Source: Bdellovibrionales bacterium (lineage in GTDB: Bacteria > Bdellovibrionota > Bdellovibrionia > Bdellovibrionales > JAMPXM01). From it: DNA of 30,863 nucleotides. The stretch covers positions 1 to 30,863 of the forward strand of contig JAYUEN010000471.1 in NCBI GenBank assembly GCA_043739185.1, read 5' to 3'. The notes under the pieces are model-generated. The model saw only the letters and a program-made list of their open reading frames with translations, ran no database searches and was not told the origin of the DNA. Shown one piece after another: positions 24,003-30,863 of this stretch. Position 1 is the first letter of the stretch. Each line of letters begins with the position of its first letter. The position numbers were made by a program, and so were the translations under genes.

Positions 24003-25367
24003 ATGAGAACTTTAATTAAAATATTTATAGCAAATTTGATCATGATTTTGGGTTCGAATTTTACAAACCAAGCCTACGCACTATGCTCAATGAGTATTTT
24101 CAATTGTCCAAATTATCCCAACTATACGATGGACGATTTAAATCAAATTTATTTAGCTGGTGGTGACCTTACAAACATTATTCACAATGACGAAAATGCT
24201 TGTATTAATACTGTAAATAAAGCGCAAAAGGATTGCGGTATTAATTATCCAGTAATGGCTGGATTTGGCCTAAATGAAACATATACGAGCATGACATTGG
24301 TCCGATCCTACCTACCAATTGTTTCAGATGTTCCCTTGACTTGCCCCCTCACTTATTCTGATACAGGCGTGCAAACTTCGGTGCCAGTCGGGACAAGTAT
24401 TACCGCATACTCAAGCTCTATAGACCCTGACTGTGCCCCACAACAGGTCACGTGTAATCTCAAATCAGACGGTACCCTTGGTCTTTCAAGCGCCGCCTCA
24501 TACAGCAAATGTAATATTGGCGTCCCCTCTCCCACGATTAGCTGCACTAAGCCTTCGTTTGCAGTGGGTGAATATATCAATTGCTCAATTAAAAATGCAG
24601 ATGTCGATACTCTCTGTTACCAAGCTGGTACCGGTGCAGCTCCAATGAGCTCATGCGTAGGCTACGGCTGGCTTTTCAACCCTGCTACCAAAACTCTAAC
24701 AACCCCTAAGAATTGGGCTGTCACACCAGCGACAATTGGGAACTATACTCTTTACGCCGTAAATGCCTCTAACATTTATCTCTGGTCAACTTTTAGGGTC
24801 TCTTATGTGCCCGTCGCACCAGTCATCAGTTGCACACAATCAACATACCTTATTGGTCAGACGATCAATTGCACAATTCAAAATGCAACACCGAATACGA
24901 TGTGCTCTCAATCAGGAAAATCGAGCGCGAGTTCATTGCCCTGCACGAGCTACGGCTGGGCCTACAATTCGGACTCAAATACGCTTAAGTTCAATCAAGG
25001 ATCCGTGACCCCTGGTGCCTTAGGTGACTACACATTGTTCGCAGCCAACGGCAATTTGGTTTCACAGGTCAATATTTCTTATGCAGAGTTGGTTCCGACA
25101 ATTAGTTGTACGCAATCCACCTACCATGTTGGTCAAACTATGAGTTGTACGATTCAGAATGCCGATGCTTATACTCAATGTTCACAGTCCGGTACCGCTT
25201 CAGCTCCCAAGCAAGATTGCCCAAATTACGGTTGGGTCTATCATCCGAGTTTAAATACACTTACTTTTTCAGGCACGGTCACTTCTTCGGTCATTGGTAA
25301 CTATACTATAAATACATCGAATTGGGTTGGTGCTTCTTCGTCATTTGGCCTTACTTACGCGCCTTAA
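24003..25367 (+). CDS. Secreted Cys-rich protein with three ~90-96 aa tandem domains
   Basis: Signal peptide ending AYA. Repeats start at 24531, 24819 and 25095: PxISCT...(V/I)GxxxxCxIxNA...C.Q.G.....C..YGW.(F/Y)...TL...VT....GxYT. Confidence 0.85.
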   Translation: MRTLIKIFIANLIMILGSNFTNQAYALCSMSIFNCPNYPNYTMDDLNQIYLAGGDLTNIIHNDENACINTVNKAQKDCGINYPVMAGFGLNETYTSMTLVRSYLPIVSDVPLTCPLTYSDTGVQTSVPVGTSITAYSSSIDPDCAPQQVTCNLKSDGTLGLSSAASYSKCNIGVPSPTISCTKPSFAVGEYINCSIKNADVDTLCYQAGTGAAPMSSCVGYGWLFNPATKTLTTPKNWAVTPATIGNYTLYAVNASNIYLWSTFRVSYVPVAPVISCTQSTYLIGQTINCTIQNATPNTMCSQSGKSSASSLPCTSYGWAYNSDSNTLKFNQGSVTPGALGDYTLFAANGNLVSQVNISYAELVPTISCTQSTYHVGQTMSCTIQNADAYTQCSQSGTASAPKQDCPNYGWVYHPSLNTLTFSGTVTSSVIGNYTINTSNWVGASSSFGLTYAP

Positions 25368-25489
25368 TGACGTAGGACCGTGAAATACAGAGGAGGTGTA
25401 ACGTATTATTATACAAGGAATTGAACATACAAACTGATTTAGAGAAAACAAAGTTTTGAAATTTAACTAAACAAGAAATAGGGAGTTTT

Positions 25490-25864
25490 ATGAAAAAATT
25501 AATGTCTGTACTTTTTATGATGACAGTCTTGTCCGCCTCTTCAGCGCATGCACTTGTCGATTGGTATTCTGATGCGCTACTATTCCAAACAGAAATGCTC
25601 TTAAACATTTACCAGGCCGAGAGAGCCATTAGTAATGGCAATTATTCACAGGCCTTTTCAAATGCTTTGATGGCGGCAAGTAACGGCTCAATGTCAAATG
25701 GCTATGCAACTATGGCATCTGGTTCCCAAGGGATTCCGACGACCGACTTGGTGAATTCCAATAATGAAATGATCAATCGAGCTGATTTCTTACAGCAATT
25801 TTCTGAACAAAGAGGCGGTGGTTCCGGTGGTGGTAAACCTCCAGTTCCTCAGGAGGCTTATTAA
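25490..25864 (+). CDS. Small secreted hypothetical protein with a Gly/Pro tail
   Basis: AGGGAG RBS, signal peptide ending AHA, tail RGGGSGGGKPPVPQEAY. Confidence 0.8.
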   Translation: MKKLMSVLFMMTVLSASSAHALVDWYSDALLFQTEMLLNIYQAERAISNGNYSQAFSNALMAASNGSMSNGYATMASGSQGIPTTDLVNSNNEMINRADFLQQFSEQRGGGSGGGKPPVPQEAY

Positions 25865-25885
25865 ATAAGAAATTTCAATTCACGT

Positions 25886-25915
25886 GTGCGGTCGCTTAAA
25901 TATAGGTGACCGCAC
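25886..25915 (+). terminator. Probable terminator hairpin
   Basis: GTGCGGTCGCTTA-AATA-TAGGTGACCGCAC is a 13-bp stem with two G:U pairs, about 20 nt after the stop. Weak U-tract. Confidence 0.6.
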
Positions 25916-26172
25916 TTCGTAACTCATGATGCGCGCATAATTGAAACAATAGAAAACGGATCGATGGTCAATACTGAATTCAATCTCTCGACAAGCGAAT
26001 CACTGATATCAATGCCAGCTTCTAATGAAATCTATTTGTAGTTTCGTTGCCATTGACCGTACATATTGTTTGGCAAAATCCAATAGCGAGAAGCTACAGT
26101 CTCTAAAATGAGCAAACTCAATAGAGCTAGATTCCGCGACAAAATTGACAAAACGATAGTGATTCACTTTGT

Positions 26173-26943
26173 TTAAGCTTCAACAAATGCCGTGAAAATT
26201 TTAATTTTGCCTGAGAACGTTTCGTTCCCAATATGATGCTTCTGTTCAAAGCAAATGGATAACCAATTTGAAATGCACTGACGGTCAAGCCAGTATGAAA
26301 CTGCAAAAACCTCACTTTCTGAACTTTGAAACGAATTTCGACCAAGAAAACCATCATGTTTGGCATCCACAGAAATTAATTTTGAAAGTATTTCGGCGCA
26401 ATCCGTTGACAGGCCTTTCAATGGACTCAATACCGTGACAACGTAATAAGAGCTTAAGTTTCCTTTGTTAGTCTCTGTAGTTGAAGTTAAATGCTTTTGC
26501 ATAAAAACACTCAGTGGGTCCAATTGGTAATTGCCAAATGGCTGGGTCAAGCCATATCCAATCTTTTTATAAAATCGTATAGCCGCATGTTGATGAATCC
26601 CTGTTTCAAGGCGACTTATAAAAATCTCCTTTTCAACTAAAAACGTTTCTAGGACTGCAATGATACATTCAGCAATGCCCTGGCCGCGGAAGGACTCTTG
26701 GACAAAAAATCGCTTTAACTCTCCGTAATTATCAGATTGTTTAGAGGCGCCAATTCCAAGCAATTTATTTTCTTTATATGCACCCACCAAGTTACAGTTG
26801 GCTTCTGCTAATATCTCCGGACCATCTAAATGATTGCTTTGTGCTGGATAGAGCTCTGCTTGGTATTGGTCAAGCATTTGAATCAGATTACTAACTTCGT
26901 CGTTATAGGGCGAAACTCTTTTAAGCAGCAAGTCTTCAAACAT
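26173..26943 (-). CDS. GNAT acetyltransferase fused to a degenerate ABM (antibiotic biosynthesis monooxygenase)-like domain
   Basis: Likely start ATG 26943 (GGAG RBS). YGELKRFFVQESFRGQGIA, RLETGIHQHAAIRFYKKIGY and PFGNYQLDPLSVFMQK, then YYVV...DGFLG...AVSYWLD...ISNW. Confidence 0.8.
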   Translation of the reverse strand: MFEDLLLKRVSPYNDEVSNLIQMLDQYQAELYPAQSNHLDGPEILAEANCNLVGAYKENKLLGIGASKQSDNYGELKRFFVQESFRGQGIAECIIAVLETFLVEKEIFISRLETGIHQHAAIRFYKKIGYGLTQPFGNYQLDPLSVFMQKHLTSTTETNKGNLSSYYVVTVLSPLKGLSTDCAEILSKLISVDAKHDGFLGRNSFQSSESEVFAVSYWLDRQCISNWLSICFEQKHHIGNETFSGKIKIFTAFVEA

Positions 26944-27099
26944 ATTAGCATACTCCGTTTGATTGGGAGGCAGAGATCGAGCCATTTTTAAAGCAGTAAA
27001 CGGCGGCTTTGTAAAGAAAAGCATTCTTGTAAAACTCAAATATCAAGTCAAAATGAGGCATATCAATTTAACTACGGATAAATCAATTTCAAAATGTTC

Positions 27100-27114
27100 A
27101 TCTCAAATTGAGAT
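27100..27114. promoter_or_regulatory. Palindromic operator-like site
   Basis: ATCTCA-AAT-TGAGAT, a perfect dyad in the divergent region upstream of the TPR-HTH gene. Confidence 0.45.
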
Positions 27115-27163
27115 ACAGTCTCTCTCTACTTCAGGCTAACTGGGCGTCTACCGATAAATCAAT

Positions 27164-28717
27164 ATGATAAAAGATGAACCAATGTCGAGTGATGCGCATT
27201 CGTACGCCAGCCTGTACAAGGCCTTAGATGAACAAACTAGAGCCGGAAAGCTCGTTGAAGCCCGACGTACAATATTGCAAATTTCTCCAAAAAGTATCCC
27301 ACGAGAATGGGCGCCCTCCTTCGGAGAGCTAGGTTTTCGACTTCAAGTTCCGATGTTTACTTTGAAAGTCCTACATCGCTTCGTGTATCCCGAAAATCAA
27401 TTTGCAACGAAATCAACAGAGAAAGAGAGGATGATCTTTGCGAGTGCTCTGTTTAGTTTAGGCGCCTCAACCGAAGCTAGGGTTTTACTCAAAGAAATGA
27501 ATTCAGAAGAAAACCCTGAGGTACTTTTTTATAGCGCCATCGCTCACTTCACGGATTGGAATTATAGCGAATCGATTCCGCTGCTAATGAGTTTCATAGC
27601 TTCGAAGCAAGTAACTGAATACCGTCGCTTAGTGGCAAAAGTTAATTTATCCGCAGCTCTTATCTTTTGTGAATCTTATTTCGAAGCTGAAAATTTAATT
27701 GCTCAAATTCAATCGGAGTGCAAACAAGCTGGCCACCATTTGTTACTGGGAAATTCTTATGAACTAATGGCCCAATGCCACATCTATCAAAAGCGCTTTG
27801 ATGAGGCTCTTGAATCACTAGAACGAGCCGGTCAATTATTAAATCAACAGTCTGGACTGTTTTCGCTTTTTATAGAAAAATGGATGGCAATTGCTGGTGG
27901 TCTAAAACATCGCACCAGAAAAGAATTATTAGGTTTAAGAGAGGTCCGAAAAAAAGCAGTTGAGATGCGACACTGGAATTCAGTTCGCGAATGTGATTTG
28001 TTTGAAGCTGTCATCACTCACGACCGCAAGCTTATACGAAAACTGGTTTTGGGTTGTCCATCTCAATCCTATAGACGGCGCGTGCGTAAACTTTTTGGTG
28101 AGCCCGTTGCGGCCAGAGGTAGTGAAGTATTTTTAATTGGAAGCACTCACGGAGATCTCGACGAAGATCAACAGAAACAAATAGCCATATTTGATCCTTT
28201 TGAATCAAAAGTTAAGACACAAGCCCTGTTCAAAAAACCAATGCTAATGGCACTCTTTGACTCCTTAACTCAAGATTTTTACAAACCCAGTCATTTGGGT
28301 TTTATTTTTCAAAATATTTACCCTGGTGAAAAGTTTGACCCGTTCTCTTCTCCTTCACGGGTATTGCAACTTTTGCGACGACTTGATAGTTGGTTCATGT
28401 CAAATGGGAGCGGACTAAGAGTAGAATTTAGGAAAAGTGAATTTCGCCTGAGGTCAGAAGCCCCAATATTTGTTAAAATTCAACGCGAAGTACCTGTGTC
28501 TGCAAATGAAGCTAAGTTTTCAGAACTCAGAAATCATTTTTCTGAACGCAGTTTTAATGCCGCTCAAGTTCAAGAAAAATTGCAAATTTCAAGGTCAAGT
28601 GCCGAACGTTTACTCGATCTTGGCGTTGCAACTGGACATCTAGTTGCGCCAAAGCAAGTGAGAAACAGAATGTTTTCCTTTGCCGGACGAAAAAAATGGA
28701 TCGGGGAAGCGGCATGA
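27164..28717 (+). CDS. TPR-repeat protein with C-terminal winged-HTH-like domain(s), putative transcriptional regulator
   Basis: TPR-like helices (PEVLFYSAIAHF; GNSYELMAQCHIYQKRFDEALESLERA) and a C-terminal SFNAAQVQEKLQISRSSAERLLD HTH pattern. Confidence 0.75.
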   Translation: MIKDEPMSSDAHSYASLYKALDEQTRAGKLVEARRTILQISPKSIPREWAPSFGELGFRLQVPMFTLKVLHRFVYPENQFATKSTEKERMIFASALFSLGASTEARVLLKEMNSEENPEVLFYSAIAHFTDWNYSESIPLLMSFIASKQVTEYRRLVAKVNLSAALIFCESYFEAENLIAQIQSECKQAGHHLLLGNSYELMAQCHIYQKRFDEALESLERAGQLLNQQSGLFSLFIEKWMAIAGGLKHRTRKELLGLREVRKKAVEMRHWNSVRECDLFEAVITHDRKLIRKLVLGCPSQSYRRRVRKLFGEPVAARGSEVFLIGSTHGDLDEDQQKQIAIFDPFESKVKTQALFKKPMLMALFDSLTQDFYKPSHLGFIFQNIYPGEKFDPFSSPSRVLQLLRRLDSWFMSNGSGLRVEFRKSEFRLRSEAPIFVKIQREVPVSANEAKFSELRNHFSERSFNAAQVQEKLQISRSSAERLLDLGVATGHLVAPKQVRNRMFSFAGRKKWIGEAA

Positions 28718-30863
28718 TATTTGGTCGCCATATAAATTTTTTAATAATCTGCCTGGTCGCAAGCATTCCCGTTTTTTCGTTTCAAAATTGCCAGCAAATG
28801 AACTTTGTCGGCATTGGCTCAATTGAATCTTTGGGATCATCAGCGATCCCGGTAACTAAAAATGGCGAGCCCTATGGTGGAATGACCCCAGGATTGTATT
28901 ACCACTTTATTCCTAATTTCGCCTGTGAGGGAAACTCAGCACCGGTTTCTTCTTTATCGATTGTAGGAAATCAAGTGACCTTGACTGAGAACAAAGCCTT
29001 GAAATGTGGTAGCTCGGTTACTCCGCTCAATTCGAACTTAATAGACTGGTCAATTTACCAAAATGAAATAGTAGGTTACCGCGAAGGAATCTATCAGGGC
29101 CTAAGCTCAGCCCCGGCTGCTATCCCAGCAAATCTGGTAGAAGTTTGGTGCCGTGACGCGAATACGACCTCAGGCATCGAAACTATCATGCATTTTAACA
29201 ACCAAACAAAGGCAGCTGTAAATCGAATTTACTACGGCGACAGTTTTCTTCCTGATTTTTCGGTGACTCGAACTTTAACTAGAAGTGAAATTGTAGTAAG
29301 TAGTCCGGGCCTTTTGTCTCTTCACATTCATAGAAATCAACCGGCGCCGCAACTCGGTTTGTTTATGGCCGATATACGAGTTAAAATCAATGGTGCAAAC
29401 TTCGATCGTATCACTTACTGCCGACTCGGCGGCAGTCTTGACCCAAGCGTTTGGCCGGTAAAGAAAATCACCGATCTCAATAGTGCGTCTGACTTTAAAG
29501 TTTCACCAGACTTCAATCGATTGGCTTATGCCACCACCGAAATTGAGGCTAGTTTTATTTTAGAAAATATTGAGGGGGACCAATCTAAACGGCTTGGTGG
29601 GCCAATGAATTCTTTGCTATCTGCTAGGACTGCAGGCTTTCAATTTTCTCCCGACGGAAACTCTCTCCTGTTTACTTCAGATTTTCAAAGTGCAAACTAT
29701 TTGGGTCTTTTTAGTCAGGGCATAGGCGACGGCGGCTCAATGGCTCCATTATCGGTTAACAACTCAAGTTTTAATTCAGATGGTATAGCAAATGACTTTC
29801 AGGTGACTCAAGACGGAAAATTTGTGCTCTTTCGCGAACCCGGAGCGAATGACCTTTTTCATAAGGGTTTAAATCTTTATAATTTGTTTTCAAAAGCAAC
29901 CGATAGCAGCATAAAAACTCTTTTAAATCCCTTGGTTGCGCCAGCACTTTATCCAGATTCTCCGCTTTTGAGCGTGTCGAATTTTCATCTGGTAAAAAAC
30001 GCAAACAAAGTCGTTTACCTTTGTTGTCAGTATTTGTCTGTCGGAAGTTATACCGGAGATTTGTATAGTTCGGATTTACTGGGTCAGAATATTTTAAATA
30101 TTTCACCCATTTTGCCGAAAGATTTTACGCTGAATCCAATTTTTGCCGATGCCGGTAGTGACAGCGTCTTAGTCATGGCATCGAATTCTTCAAATAATTT
30201 GCTTCTGCCAATTTGGTTCGTAGTCAAGCTAGATGGCTCAGGATCTTTTCAGCTACCTCCTTCAAATAAGGTTTTAATAAATAACAACGCTTTGGCCGCC
30301 GTTCTCGTACAAGGTCCCGAATCACCAACAAAGTTGGTGAACTTGAATTCTGGAGCTCAATTCAATATCCCAAGTCCATATAGTTTTCCTCGCGGAGGAA
30401 TGCCAGGCAGTTATAATCAGCAGCAATTCTTCACCAAAGATGGTAGCTATTTCACGGCTCTAAACGTCCTGAATATTGAAGCCATTCAGCCATTTTCAGT
30501 CAATACGAGCTCAGGTCAAGTGAGCCTATTGTGTTCTGATCAGCTCACCTCGAAAGCAAATCTCATTGAGCGAAACGGGAATCAAATCCTAATCGTTACA
30601 TATGATTTAAAATCACATTTATTGAAAGTTTGGCAAAGCGCTGTTGGAGGCCAGTGTAGGCTTCTCAATTCGGCAATGAGCGATGATATGACGGTCGATT
30701 CAATTGAAGATTTAGTTCTTTCTCCAGATCAGAACATTTTGATGGTTCGTCTCGGTCAAGACGTCGCGGTAGCGCCAAATAAACCGTGTCCCAATAAAAA
30801 CGTCGGTGATGACGTAGAAGAGGACATAGGGTATGAGGCTTTCTATGGGTATAGTGAAAGTGG
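28714..30863 (+). CDS. Large FQNC-type lipoprotein with TolB/PD40-like beta-propeller repeats (3' partial, absent from ORF track)
   Basis: ATG 28714 overlaps the upstream TGA and the frame is open for 716 codons to the edge. MIFGRHINFLIICLVASIPVFSFQN|C, NGEPYGG, and blade motifs FKVSPDFNRLAY, FQFSPDGNSLLF, FQVTQDGKFVLF, FFTKDGSYF and LVLSPDQNILM. Confidence 0.88.
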   Translation, partial: MIFGRHINFLIICLVASIPVFSFQNCQQMNFVGIGSIESLGSSAIPVTKNGEPYGGMTPGLYYHFIPNFACEGNSAPVSSLSIVGNQVTLTENKALKCGSSVTPLNSNLIDWSIYQNEIVGYREGIYQGLSSAPAAIPANLVEVWCRDANTTSGIETIMHFNNQTKAAVNRIYYGDSFLPDFSVTRTLTRSEIVVSSPGLLSLHIHRNQPAPQLGLFMADIRVKINGANFDRITYCRLGGSLDPSVWPVKKITDLNSASDFKVSPDFNRLAYATTEIEASFILENIEGDQSKRLGGPMNSLLSARTAGFQFSPDGNSLLFTSDFQSANYLGLFSQGIGDGGSMAPLSVNNSSFNSDGIANDFQVTQDGKFVLFREPGANDLFHKGLNLYNLFSKATDSSIKTLLNPLVAPALYPDSPLLSVSNFHLVKNANKVVYLCCQYLSVGSYTGDLYSSDLLGQNILNISPILPKDFTLNPIFADAGSDSVLVMASNSSNNLLLPIWFVVKLDGSGSFQLPPSNKVLINNNALAAVLVQGPESPTKLVNLNSGAQFNIPSPYSFPRGGMPGSYNQQQFFTKDGSYFTALNVLNIEAIQPFSVNTSSGQVSLLCSDQLTSKANLIERNGNQILIVTYDLKSHLLKVWQSAVGGQCRLLNSAMSDDMTVDSIEDLVLSPDQNILMVRLGQDVAVAPNKPCPNKNVGDDVEEDIGYEAFYGYSES

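Noticed and set aside
29771..30106. 111-aa minus-strand ORF
   Set aside because: Antisense to the long beta-propeller lipoprotein gene.

Overview
AT-rich bacterial window, most likely from a Bdellovibrionota genome (inferred from an FQNC-type lipoprotein signal, a TPR-plus-HTH regulator, a stand-alone 2TM-HAMP protein and many secreted orphans). No rRNA, tRNA or CRISPR array was seen. The left 8 kb is a divergent locus. On the minus strand: acyl carrier protein, TlpA-like CxxC thioredoxin, three paralogous Cys-rich type IV minor-pilin-like proteins (the last with an Asp-Gly repeat tail), a pentapeptide-repeat protein and an HTTM/vitamin-K-carboxylase-like membrane protein that the ORF track missed and that runs off the edge. 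On the plus strand: a DltB/AlgI-type MBOAT coupled to a second HTTM protein. This is the best candidate for an undescribed system, a pilin-tip post-translational modification locus. Next comes a secreted GP42/elicitor-type transglutaminase placed head-to-head with a lipoprotein carrying Gln- and Lys-rich tandem repeats, a possible enzyme-substrate pair. The rest is accessory: secreted orphans, a nonsense-interrupted DKNYY-like gene, a gene remnant, an S9 hydrolase, two GNATs, an Fe-S flavoprotein, a decayed IS66-like element, an HExxH protease cluster, and a TPR-HTH regulator coupled to a large beta-propeller lipoprotein (also missed, runs off the right edge). All assignments come from motifs read by eye; no searches were run.
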